From: Octopus bimaculoides
Lineage: Eukaryota
Assembly: GCF_001194135.2 (NCBI RefSeq)
Contig: NC_068994.1
Span: forward strand, 44,471,759-44,535,758
DNA length: 64,000 bases
Reading direction: 5' to 3'
Shown here: positions 1 to 12,306 of the stretch, piece after piece
Position numbering within the stretch: position 1 is the stretch's first letter
Layout of the letters: each line of letters opens with the position of its first letter
The notes under the pieces: generated by a model
What the model was told of the DNA's origin: nothing
Database searches by the model: none
The model's input: the letters and a program-made list of their open reading frames with translations, nothing else
Made by a program: the position numbers and the translations under genes

Positions 1-82
1 ATTTGCCCAAGGTACCACACAGTAGGACTGAACCTAGAACCATGTAGTTGGGAAGCAAACTTCTTAACTGCACAGCCATGCC
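1..82 (-). mobile_element. SINE family A, 5' head fragment
   Basis: Reverse complement matches the head of the copies at 13207 and 25178 (gctgtg..gtaagaagtttgcttcccaac..ggttcagtcc..ccttgggcaa). Confidence 0.7.
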
Positions 83-365
83 ATATATATAATAGAATCA
101 AAGCAATTTAGACACTGCCCCACCTGGTATTTCTTCATAATGTCTGTTGATTGTGTTCCCTCTAAATCGATGGTCTCTTTTCAATGTTGATGGTGTGGTT
201 ATATTTTGACTCTCTTCAACTCCCTTTTCTTCTCGTATGACTTCAACTTGTGGAATGAAGGCCTATAAAATATCAACCATCAATTATTAGTATTTGTATT
301 TCAATCCTGATATAAACTGAAATTAACTCTTGAAATTTTAAAAACCAATAACACAATATTTTCCA

Positions 366-397
<32 letters not shown>

Positions 398-799
398 CTT
401 AAAAGAATGTCCCAGAAAATCAACCTGCATCTTATTAACACAAAGTCAGGGTTTAGGTTACTATGAAATAAACTGACATTCCATCGTTTATGATGACGAG
501 TGTTCGATGGAACAGCATGCTTCTGAAATTAACATGCAAGTGGCTGAGCTCTCCACAGACATGTGTATCCTTAATGGCACTAGTGTAACTAGAATGTGTG
601 CTGCCCAGGGCAGCCCTTCCGTTTTTCACCCCCAGACCCCACAAGAACTTCATTGCCAAAACAAATGAGTATATAAACATTTTTGAACTGGTTTGAAACA
701 TTACTTTTTTATTATTGGATTTATCTGATTTAATTGGTGTACAAATATAATAATCATCATTATTATTATTATTATTATTATTATACCTGTGCTTATAAG

Positions 800-1010
800 A
801 TGGTGAGGTGGCAGAATAGTTAGCACAATGGACAAAATGTTTAGTAGCATTTCGTCCATCTTTACATTCTGAGTTCAAAATTCCACCAAAGTTGACTCTG
901 CCCTTCATGACTTTCAGCATTGATGAAATAAATACCAGCTGAGTACTGGGTCAATATAACTGACTTATCTACTGCTTTGAAATTACTGGCATTGTGCTAA
1001 AATTTGAAAC
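800..1010 (+). mobile_element. tRNA-derived SINE family B, diverged copy
   Basis: ggcagaatagttagcac...ctgagttcaaaattcc...gttgactctgcccttcat, homologous to the copies at 3889, 4088 and 5355. Confidence 0.75.
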
Positions 1011-1529
1011 CATTATTATACCTGTGTTTGTTTTCGTATTAAGATTGACAAACAATCAACTCTGTAAAAAATTTGGGATCTGGGTTTGCACCTCTGAAGC
1101 AAATTTTGTTTCTGTACTTACATGTGTAATATATTTAGCCTACTAATATGGTAAGGATTTTTCTGCTAGTTTTTCTAATTATTTTCTTCTTTATTTATTT
1201 AAATTTATACTGCGTCTTCTTACAGCTGATGTATTTGAGCTCTACCACTAAACACTATATCATCTATTAAATAAAAACCACTGATGTTATGTCATTTATT
1301 TGGATGAAGGCTGTGATATCATGTCATATATTTAGTAAAGCAATGATATCATGGTATCTAGTGAACAAAGCCAGTGAGATCATATCATTTCATCTTCTAA
1401 GTAAAGCCAGCATTATTGGTGTCATGTTAGTCATCTCATCTACTGATAGAGTTAATGATATCATGGCATCTCATATATTGAACAAAGCCAGTGACATGAG
1501 CAGATTCACTGAGTACAGGACGGATAAAT

Positions 1530-1563
1530 ATATATATTTATATTATATTATATTATAGCATAT

Positions 1564-1604
<41 letters not shown>

Positions 1605-1650
1605 TATATTATATAATATACAAATACATATGTATATAATATACATACAC

Positions 1651-1714
<64 letters not shown>

Positions 1715-1752
1715 GTATGTATATAAATATATTATAAAGATATATATATGCA
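1530..1752. repeat. (TATTA)n/(TA)n/(TATG)n microsatellite
   Basis: Read directly. Confidence 0.95.
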
Positions 1753-1761
1753 TGTGTGCGA

Positions 1762-2673
1762 ACGGCCATGCTACACAGCAGTGAAACATGGGCCATGAAT
1801 ACTGAGGATATGCTTGAAAGAAATGAAGCTAGTATGATTTGCTGGATGTGAAATGTCAACGTGCATACATGACAGAGTGTAAACACCCTGAGAGAAAAGT
1901 TGGGCATAAGAAGCATCAAATGTGGTGGCTGCACTGGTATGGCCATGTGTTACTTATGAATGAAGACAGCTGTGTGAGGAAGTGCCACTCCCTAACTGGA
2001 GAAGGAACCTGTGGAAGAGGTAGACCCAGGAAGACATGGGATGAGGTGGTGAAACATGACCTTCGAACATTGGGCATCACAGAGACAACGATAGGTGACC
2101 AGGACCTTTGGAGATACGCTGTGATTGAGAAGACCTGGCAACTAAAGTGAGATCGCAGCCACACACATCCAGCCCCGTTAACAATACTCCTGATGCATCA
2201 GGCGATATGATATGCTTGAGAAGAGCTGTTGAGTCAAGTAAAACCAATATCGTAGCTGGAGCCAGTGCTCCCTCACTGGCTCCTGTGCTGATGGCATGTA
2301 AAAAGCACCATCCGAACATTGTCAGTGCCAGGCCTGCCTGACTAGCTCCTGTGCCATTGGCACGTAAAAAGCACCAACCGATCGTGACCGATGCCAATAC
2401 TCCCAAACTGACTCCTGTGCCAGTGGCATGTAAAAAGCACCATCCAAGCATGATCATTGCCAGGCCCACCTTACTGGCTCCTGTGCCAGTGGCACATGAA
2501 AAGCACCCACTACACTCTCTGAGTGGTTGGCGTTAGGAAGGGCATCCAGCTGTAGAAACTCTGTCAGATCAGATTGGAGCCTGATGCAGCCACTGGCTGT
2601 CCAGACCTCAGTCAAACCGTCCAACCCATGCCAGCATGGAAAACGGACGTTAATCGATGATGATGATGATGAT
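1762..2673 (+). mobile_element. RTE-clade LINE 3' fragment (ORF C-terminus, tandem 3'-UTR repeats, (GAT)n tail)
   Basis: TAMLHSSETW...LHWYGHVLLMNEDSCVRKC...GRGRPRKTWDEVVKHDLRTLG...DLWRYAV. Repeated ctcctgtgccagtggcatgtaaaaagcacc units at about 2270-2510. Ends ...ccatgccagcatggaaaacggacgttaatcgatgatgat. Confidence 0.9.
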
Positions 2674-2687
2674 GGTATATGTGTGTA

Positions 2688-2751
<64 letters not shown>

Positions 2752-3034
2752 TACACACACATATATATGCTGCATGGTTCATAGAGGAAGAGAGTAAAGG
2801 AATAAGGAGATGAAGAGAGAGAAGAAAAAAAAATGCATAAAAGTTCATAGTTCAACTTTCCGATGTTGTAGAAACAAGAGCATAAGTCCTTAGGTGCAAT
2901 CCTGCATAGATTCATGTGGGTTAAAATCTTGATATAGTAAACATCCAGAGAAGAAAAGACGCCAACATATCAACATTCAATAACAGAATCCATCACAACA
3001 CTTACATAGCATACCCGTGATCTAAACCCCCCAT

Positions 3035-3076
<42 letters not shown>

Positions 3077-3114
3077 TGTATGTATATACGTATGTATGTA
3101 TATATATATAATAA

Positions 3115-3383
3115 ATAAATGCGCCCTTTTAAAGCCTAGCCAGGCTCATGGGCCCGGTTTCCCGGTTTCCCGGTTTCCCGGTTTCAATGGCATATGTGTT
3201 CCTCCAGCTGGACGGGACGTCAGTCCATCACAGCGTTACTCATTTTTGCCAGCTGAGTGGACTGGAACAACGTGAAATGAAGTGTTTTGCTCAAGAACAC
3301 AACACATCGCCCAGTTCAGGAATCGAAACCACAATCTTACAATCATGATGCTGACACCCTAACCACTAGACTACGCACCTCCA
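3115..3383 (-). mobile_element. tRNA-derived SINE family D with V-domain-like body
   Basis: Reverse complement has a tRNA-like head (tagtctagtggttagggtg...ggtttcgattcc), then gtgatggactgacgtcccgtccagc, which resembles the V-SINE core. The V-domain label is from memory, not a search. Confidence 0.7.
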
Positions 3384-3888
3384 CACGCACGCACGCACAC
3401 ACGCACATATGGTTCATACACAGAATAAGGCTGATATGTGAATAATACAATGGTACATACATTGGTGACACATGGTATATAAGTACATGATTGATACTTG
3501 GTACATAGTTTACATACAGCTTATGGCTAACACATATATAAGACTTATATATGGTATACTGATTGATAAATGGTAACCGGGTAATATATAGAATCAGTTT
3601 GACAATACAATAATATGGTTGACTCTAGAACACAACTGTTGTAAAATATGTGACACATAATGCATGTAGAAACTAGAGTGCACTTGGTGAAATGCTGAAC
3701 ACATGTTTGATATAAAGAAAATATGTTTGATATATAGATCAACATGTTTGGTATTGAGGTCATGTATTGATACATAGAACACTTGTCTGATATACAGAAC
3801 ATATGGCTGAATATAGAACAATTGTTTGGTATATAGAACACTTGCCTGGTGTATAAAGTACATGTTTAATAGATAGATCACATACAGC

Positions 3889-4289
3889 AGTGAGCTGGCA
3901 GAATCATTAGCACGCTGGACAAAATGCTTAGCAACATTATGTCAGTCTTTACATTCCAAGTTCAAATTCCACCATGGTCAACTTTGCCTTTCATCCTTTC
4001 AGGGTTGATAAATTAAGTACCAGTTGCATACTGGGGTTGATCTAATCGAGCGGCCCCTCCTCAAAAATTTCAGTCTTGAGTAAAAAAGAATCGTTAGCAC
4101 GCTGGGCAAAAGGCTTAGCGATCATATATCTGTCTTTACATTCTGAGTTCAAATTCCACCATGGTCGACTTTGCCTTTCATCCTTTTGGGGGTTAATAAA
4201 ATAAGTACCAGTTGATCACTGGGGTCGATGTTATGGACTAGGCCACACTCCCAAAATTGCTGGCCAAGAACCAAAATTTGAAACCAATA
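3889..4289 (+). mobile_element. Two tandem SINE family B copies (3889-4087, 4088-4289)
   Basis: Both contain ttagcacgctgg..caaaa..gcttagc...gttcaaattccaccatggtc.actttgcctttcatcc...taagtaccagttg. Confidence 0.85.
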
Positions 4290-4434
4290 TATAGCACAGA
4301 TGTTTTGTATACAGAATACATGTTTGATACAGAGAAAACTTCGTTTGATATACAGAACACATCTCTAATAAAAAGAACATTTGTATGATGTATAAAACAT
4401 GTGTTCAATATACAGAACATGTCTGATATATAAC

Positions 4435-4748
4435 TGGCACTCCGCTGGTTACAACAACAAGGGTTCCAGCTGATCCAATCAACCGAACAGTCAGTTCATG
4501 AAATTAATGTGCAAGCGGCTGAGCACTCTACAGATACGCACACCCTTACCATAATTCTCAGGGAAATTCAGCATAACACAGAATGTGACAAGGCTGATTC
4601 TTTGAAATACAGGATCTTATCATTTTTGAATGGACCGGAGTAACATGAAATAAAGTGTCTTGCTCAAGGACACAACACACCACTTGGAATTGAACTGATG
4701 ACTTCACGATCATGAAGTGACTACCCTAACCCACTATAGAACTCATGT
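4435..4748 (-). mobile_element. Near full-length SINE (family D head, family C body)
   Basis: Homologous to the split copy at 12983-13204/13996-14101; the 3' body matches the copy at 27689-28066. Confidence 0.8.
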
Positions 4749-4864
4749 CTTATATACAGAACATTTGTCTAACATACAGTTCTATATTTAAGAGATGAGG
4801 AATTATGTACATTATTTACATTATTTACATATGACGGATATTTGTCCTCATCTAGTTTGTTGTT

Positions 4865-4910
4865 AACACAACATTTCGGCTGATATACCCACCAGCCTTC
4901 ATCAGGTGTC
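4865..4910 (-). ncRNA. Second minimal hammerhead (antisense arm), predicted
   Basis: Reverse complement reads gacac CTGATGA a ggctgg tgggtata tcagcc GAAA t GTT gtgtt; C15.2 is T, giving a U-G wobble. Confidence 0.6.
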
Positions 4911-5074
4911 TTGGGGGAATTTCGAACCTGGCATAGAGGTTAAGAGTGCGGGCTACTAACCCCGAGATTCCAAGTTCGATTCCAGGCAGTGACCTGAATA
5001 ATAATAATAATAACAACAACAACAACATCGAAAAATACCTTAGGAATGAGAACCCAGGTTCGAAATTTCCCCAA

Positions 5075-5118
5075 GACACCTGATGAAGGCTGGAAGGTAT
5101 CAGCCGAAACGTTGTGTT
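5075..5118 (+). ncRNA. Minimal type-I hammerhead ribozyme (Penelope type), predicted
   Basis: Stem I GACAC(5075-79)/GTGTT(5114-18); core CTGATGA(5080-86) plus an extra A; stem II GGCTGG/TCAGCC; GAAA(5106-09); palindromic AACGTT stem III; GUU site, cleavage after 5113. Confidence 0.75.
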
Positions 5119-5354
5119 AACAACAAACAAGATGAGGACAAATATCCGTCAAATGTAAATAATGTAAATAATTTGTCTAGCATATAGAATATTTGTCTCA
5201 AATATAGAGCATATGTTTGACTTGTATGTTTGACAGACTTCTGATATACAGAACAGGTGCTTTATATATGGAACATGTTACCTGAAATATGAAGTATAAC
5301 TGACATGTTTTAATGATGATGAATTGGTGGTGTTACATTCTGGGATTGTAAGGC

Positions 5355-5560
5355 GCTGAGCGGGCAGAAACGTTAGCACCCCGGACAAAGTGCTTAGCAG
5401 TATTTCGCATGTCGCTACGTTCTGAGTTCAAATTCTGCCGAGGTCGACTTTGCTTTTCATTCTTTCGGGGTCAATAAATTAAGTACCAGTTGTGTACTGG
5501 AGTCAACGAAATCAACTGGCCCCACATCCGCCTTGTGCCTATTGTAGAAAGGGTTATATA
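5355..5560 (+). mobile_element. SINE family B
   Basis: ggcagaaacgttagcaccccgg...ctgagttcaaattctgccgaggtcgactttgc...taagtaccagttg. Confidence 0.85.
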
Positions 5561-5934
5561 TTGGGATTGTGGTGATGGTGATGGTAGTGGTGTACACTTC
5601 AGTAAAGGTGATGGTGATGGGGTGAGGTTTGTACTTTAGCAATATTATTGTCTGTGGTGGTTGTGGTTGAAGTTGTTTAACCCTAGTCAAGCTCTGGTGG
5701 AGCAGGCCTATGATCAAAGAAAGGTATTCCATTCATGATTAGCCTGTCTTCTCTCAAGCACTTGTTTATCTAGGACTATCATCCAATGTGTTCAGCTCTC
5801 TCTCTTCCCATCTCTCTCCCTCACTCTCTCGCTCTCTCTTTCTTTCTCTCTCTCTTTCCCAAGACAATTGAGTGTAGGGTGTCATTTGGGGACGTTTTGG
5901 CTACTATTTCTATACACCAGTTATAGTGATGGTA

Positions 5935-5971
<37 letters not shown>

Positions 5972-5979
5972 ATGTGTGC

Positions 5980-6018
<39 letters not shown>

Positions 6019-6799
6019 TACATGTGTGTGTTATGCATTAGTGATAATGTTGTTAGTAGTCAATGTTATACTTTAATGGTATAAGTGGTGGCTGTAGTGG
6101 TGATGGTAGTAGTGGGGAAAAGGTATGTTTATAGGTTAGTAGTGATGTTAATAGTGGTGGGGAGTGTTGGCCATAGTGGTGGTGTTATACATGTAGTATA
6201 ACATCGAAAATATTTTAGTTTTTATTGATGGAGGAGATCCTATATAGTTTTAGAGATGCGAATGTTGGTGATCGTGGTGGTGATGGTGGTGGTGGGGGTA
6301 CTGCTGCTGTTGCTGCTGGTGATAGTTGGGACGATGGTTTGTAGTTGAACTAAACAAATGAAATTATTTAGGATGTCATTCATACAAAGACATTTATTGA
6401 ATGAAACAAAAACAAGAAAAAAAGAAAACGAAAAAAAAAAAAGCAAGACATTTATTTATATATTTATATATTTATTCGGTTTCTTTGGGTGTTTTTTTTT
6501 CATCAAACATTTATTCAAACATTCATTCAAGTATTTCTTCAGTCAAAAGAAAAGTAAATAAAATAAATAAATAAATAAACAAATAGATAAAAAAAAAACC
6601 TTCAATTAAGCATTCAACTGGCGACCATTCATCGAATCCAACATTTATTTAGTCAAATCTTTTGAGTCAAACATTCATTCAGTCAACTTTTCAATCATAC
6701 AATCAGTTAAATGTTCATTCATTAGTCATTTGAATCGCTGTTGTTTTTGTTCTTTAATATGACTGATGTATTTGATTATTTCTTGCCAAACGCCACCAT

Positions 6800-8225
6800 A
6801 CACACACACACACATGCATGCACACACTGTCAGCAAAAACACGCACCTACCCTTACATGTGCATTCTTTTGCTCTTATGCACGCAGACACAGATATGCAG
6901 GAGCTCATACATACACAAATACACATATAGACACATATATATATATATATACACAAACACACACACACACACGCACATACACACACATATATATAATATG
7001 CCTTGCATTGCATCTTTCCATATATTAGATATTCATTCACAAACACACACTTTATAGTACATGCATACACTTACACACACACACACACACACCAAATGCA
7101 AATGCAAAACTCCGCCATCACTTCTACCAAATACTACCACCCACTATTCAAGTTGTCTACACACACATGCATACACTCACACACACAAACACATGCACAC
7201 ATACACAAGCACACATATGCATACAGGTCCATAAGCACACACAGATACACACAAACACATACACACACACATGCATGTGCTTCATAAGTGAAATTTACTA
7301 TTGCACTTACACACATGTAAGCACACAGACTCACACATGCACGCAAGCACACACACATGCACGCAAGCACACACACATTCTTGTTCAGCCACCATAACCT
7401 GTATTCAACTTGCATGCTCTTGCTAAATGTACACGCGCACACACACACACACACATAATTCCTTACTGATGAGCCCCCCCCCCCAACTATTCAAGCTGCA
7501 CACGCGCACACACACACACAAACAAACACACACACATGCATACGTACAGATGTTCTCATGCAAACACAAGCGCGTGCGCACACACACACACATGTATATG
7601 TACAGATGTGCTCATGCAAATACACACATACAAATATACACACGCAAGCATGCATACATACAAATGTGAAAATACACACACACACTACTCTGCTCTTCAA
7701 TATCACAGCTACTATTCAACACATGAACACACACACATAAACAGAAGTACACATGCACGTACATACACGCACATACATGCGCGTGCAACCCTAGTCAGTA
7801 ACACTAGTCCCATTCTACACACACACCAATATCATCAGTACCATTCCACAAAACACGCGCACACACACTCATGCACACACACACATACGCACATATGCAC
7901 GCATACATGCACACACACACATGCACAGAAATACACACATACATGCACACACTCACACACATGCATGCGCATGCCCACATACACATACATGCACACGCGC
8001 ATGCATACGCACACACATACATACATACACACACACACATGCGTACACATACACATACATGCATGCATACTCACAAATACACATACTCAGAAATACACAC
8101 ATTCACGTACGCGCAGGCACGCACACACACACACACACACTTATGCACGCGCAGGCATACACACACACATACACTTCCCTAGTCATCAATATCACAACTA
8201 CCATTCCACATGCCTCCTCCCACAT

Positions 8226-8264
<39 letters not shown>

Positions 8265-8280
8265 CACAACACAATCCATC
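6800..8280. repeat. Long compound (CA)n/(CATA)n/(CATG)n alternating purine-pyrimidine array
   Basis: Read directly; source of the His/Thr/Cys/Val pseudo-ORFs. Confidence 0.9.
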
Positions 8281-8354
8281 CACCATCGCCACCACCACCA
8301 CCACCATTACTAACTACCCCTCCTCGCTGCCCAACCTTAACCACGTCCTCTCCT

Positions 8355-8560
8355 CCTGCTCCAGAATGTAAGGCAGAGTTTTTACAGTATTATTCAAGGG
8401 ACTGTCATCAGCGAAGACAGCTCTCAGTGCTGATTGGAATTTCACAGATAGAATTATCAAGAACAATGGCAGGGAGAACCCTGGAAAGCCAATGCTGCTT
8501 GCTTCGACCCAATTTCAAAGACTGCTGCTTTTCGATAGATCAGCCATCCCCTGTGCATTC
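8355..8560 (-). mobile_element. Possible decayed Penelope-like element 3' end
   Basis: Minus frames give WLIYRKAAVFEI and QQSLKLGRSKQHWLSRV (loosely like PLE C-termini), then CTGATGA-cagt..actg-TAAAA. Weak, by-eye similarity. Confidence 0.3.
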
Positions 8561-8812
8561 AAATGGTGGTGGTGGTAGTGGTGGCGGTGGCGGTGTTGGT
8601 AGTGACGGTGGCAGCAATAGTAAAGATAGTGGTGGTGGCAGCAGCAGTAGTAGTAGTGGTGGTGGTAGTAGTAGTTTCTGTTGCTGCTGCTGTTGTAGGC
8701 TCAGTGAGAAGAAGAAGAAAACCATAGTTCATTGTACTAATAGCAGCAGATATGCTGTATTGGGATATTGAGTGGATGTGTTGAAAGCAGCAGCAGTAGT
8801 AGCAGTAGTAGC

Positions 8813-8843
<31 letters not shown>

Positions 8844-9360
8844 ATTTCGGGTTGCAATATAATGTTATATCAATAATACTAGTAGTCGATACACTAGTAG
8901 CATGAATGGAGATGGGAAGGGCTACAGTGATGGTGGGGGGANNNNNNNNNNNNNNNNNNNNNNNNNNNNNNNNNNNNNNNNNNNNNNNNNNNNNNNNNNN
9001 NNNNNNNNNNNNNNNNNNNNNNNNNNNNNNNNNNNNNNNNNNNNNNNNNNNNNNNNNNNNNNNNNNNNNNGGGGAGGAGGGTGGCAGCAATGACAACAAT
9101 GACTACAACGATGACAACGATGATGATGATGATGATGATAATGATGACCACAATGATGATGATGATGGTGGTGGTGGTAATGGTGGTGCAGTGTGGTTGG
9201 CAGTTGTAACAGTGGTGGTGGTGGTGGTGATGGTGGCAGCGACGGCGGCAACAGTAGTAGTAGTAGCAATAGTAGTAGTAGTAGTAGTAGTAGTAGTAGC
9301 AGCTACTGTGGAAAATAGAGTAGCAGCATCACCATTGCTAATAACAGTAGTAGTAGTAGC

Positions 9361-9403
<43 letters not shown>

Positions 9404-10519
9404 ATAGTAGTAGTAGTAGTAATAGTAGTAGTCACAGCAGTAGTAGTAGTAGTAGTAGTGTCAACAGCAGCAGCTGCTGCAGCAACTACAAGGGCTGCAC
9501 CAGCAACACAACCACCACCACCAACAACAACAACAGCAGCAACAGCAACACCACCAGTAGCAGCAGCAACAGCAACACCACCAGTAGCAGCAGCAGCAAC
9601 AATAGTAGTAGAAGCACAAGAACTAACAATACCGTACATACATCAACAGCATCGACAAGAAACACTATCAACGCCGGCAACAGCTGCAGCAGCAATACTA
9701 TTGTCACTACAATCAGCAGCGCCACCTTCATCGATAACAGCAGCAGTAACAACAACGCAACCACCAGTAGCAGCAGCACAATATCGCCATCGAAAACACC
9801 ATTACCATCATTATCATCATCGTCACCATCATTACTATCATTATCATCATCATCACCATCATCATCATTTCTAACACCAGCAACACTTTCAACACCATCG
9901 CCTTCAACGTTTGCAACGGCGTAAGCACCAGTAGGATAACAATATCAAACAAGACGACCACAACTACACCATTGTCGTCTTCCTTGATAACATCGCCAGC
10001 ATCACAGTCAAGAACGACAACAAACACAACACAACAGCCAGCTAGTAGCACAACAAAACTGCCACGACACCGCCACCGACAATTTCGCTAATAACAACAT
10101 CATCAACAACAACAACCACCACAACAACCGCAACATCAACATCGATGCAATCACCACATTCGCCAGCAATACTGTGGCCTGTAGCACAATAATGATCGAC
10201 AACAAACGCTGCCGCCAACTCTAGTAACACAACAATATCAACATAAACATTTACTATCATCACCTTTGCCAATAACAACACATGATCAGACCACCAGTAA
10301 TGCTACAATAACAACATCAACATCAACAGCAACACCACGATCTGTTGTTCGACAATATGTCCAGCAATAACACCTTTACTTTTATCAATAATGATAACAT
10401 AACTACCAATAACACAGTCGTATAAACATCAGTAACAACACAATGTCTAATATCACAATAATGTCGACGTGTACATCATTTGCTATCTAAACCAATAACA
10501 ACACAGGCATTAGAAACAT

Positions 10520-11330
10520 AACAATATGTCCATCAATAACGCCACCATCTTCACCAACAATGCAACAATATCAACACCAATATGACCGTTTATCAACAAC
10601 AACAATACCACCTTCATCAATAATGACAATACAACCACTAGTAATGTAGTAGTATAAACATCAACATTACTAGTAACAGTACCATTAATTGCATGACAAC
10701 ATCAATAGTAACAAACACTTTGTCAATAACAACAACATGACCCTAATAATGCAACGATATCAAGATCAACAACATAACCAGCTCCAATAACAAGATGACC
10801 CCTAATAATGCAGCAATATCAACATCAACCCCATTTCCACCTTCACGAATATCAAAAACAATATGACCCCTTCCACGCCACCAATAATGTAACAATATCA
10901 AAATCAGCACCACCACCGTCATCACCTTTTCCAATAACAACAACGTGACCCCTAAAGATATGACAATATCAACATCAACACCATTGCCACCTTCACCAAT
11001 ATCAACAACAATATGACTCCCCCCCCCCACCAATAACGCAACAACATCGAAATCAACACCACCACCTTCTCCAATAGCTACAATATGACCCCTAATAATG
11101 CAACAATTCAACATCAACATCATTGCCACCTTCAAGAATATCAACAACAATATGATCCCTAATAACACAACAATATGTCCATCAAAAAACAATACTGTTA
11201 TTATTTAGTTGCACAACAACACCAACATCAACAACATTATCACCTTCACCAATAATAACAAAACAACCACAATATATACAAACCACAATATGTCCACCAA
11301 CAAACAACAAACACCATCTTCACCAATAAC
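10520..11330 (+). repeat. Degenerate 58-70 bp minisatellite built on an (AAC)n scaffold
   Basis: Recurring atgacccctaataatgcaacaatatcaacatcaacaccattgccaccttcaccaatatcaacaacaat. Confidence 0.75.
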
Positions 11331-12268
11331 AACAACAACAACATGGGGACCATCACCCACCCCAATAACAAAACAATATCAACACCACCAGCACCACTAC
11401 CACCACCACCACCACCACATTCACAATCAACACCATTGCCACCACCTTCCCCAGTACCACCCTACCATCAAAAATAGCACAACACCATCAATAAATACAT
11501 TATCATCATCATCGTCATCATCATCATTGTCATCATCATCATCATTGTCATCATCATCATAGTCATCATCGCTGTCATCATCATCATCATCATCATCGCC
11601 GTCATCATCATCATCATCATCATAGTCATCATCGTTGTAGTCGTTGTCATCATCTTCATCGCCATCATCATCATCATCATCGCCGTCATCATCATCGCCG
11701 TCATCATCATCGCTGTCATCATCATAACCAACACCACCATCTCATTTATTTACCAAGCAAATGTGGGAACCTTTACATGGTCGTTCGACCTGCTAAAAAC
11801 AGCAGCCAAACCTTCCTCAAATCACACCTGATTGTCTTAAAAGTAAAGGACATGTTGGCTAATGTCGTTGTGGTTGTCTTCAAAGACAGGAGGAAAAAAA
11901 AAAAAAGGACAGGATGGGCATGACAGGAATGCTGTTTGCTGCTCATAAACCTGCTCCTACAGGGCTGACCTAGGGCTAAATAACAACAACAACAATAACA
12001 GCAACGATACTCCCCCCCTATCCCACTAAATAATCGCACCACCATCAACGACATCACCATCATCATCATCACCATTATCATCACTATCACCATTATCATC
12101 ATCATCACCATCATCATCATCAACAGCAGCAGTAGTAACGCAAAACAACTGCACTCCCTCCACCCACGACCATCCCACTCTAACCACCCACCCCTCCAAA
12201 AAAAATCAACAGCACCACCACCACCAACAACAACAACAACAGCAGCAGCACCTCCAGCAGCAACCACA

Positions 12269-12306
<38 letters not shown>

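Larger units (their letters stand above)
4774..5172 (+). mobile_element. Fold-back element: inverted PLE-type tail, tRNA-like head, PLE-type tail
   Basis: 4811-4931 is the near-perfect reverse complement of 5054-5172. The spacer contains B-box GTTCGATTCC (4974-4983). The tail is homologous to 30697-30878. Confidence 0.85.
3690..5290. repeat. Degenerate 20-22 bp minisatellite (atatagaacatgtttg-like), interrupted by SINE insertions
   Basis: Recurring tatagaacacttgtctga / tacagaacatgtttga units at 3690-3880, 4290-4430, 4745-4775 and 5173-5290. Confidence 0.7.

Noticed and set aside
2270-2520. Repeated about 35-bp motif with variable spacers resembling a CRISPR array (also 54810-55030)
   Set aside because: Eukaryotic context; part of the RTE 3'-UTR tandem repeat; spacers are mutually similar; no cas genes.
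7466-7500. CTGATGA motif (also in GAT arrays at 16446 and 56055)
   Set aside because: No stem II or GAAA follows; chance or microsatellite match.
7536-9874. Long ORFs 7536-8771 (411 aa) and 8906-9874 (322 aa)
   Set aside because: Translations of (CA)n and trinucleotide arrays or N gaps; no domain signal.
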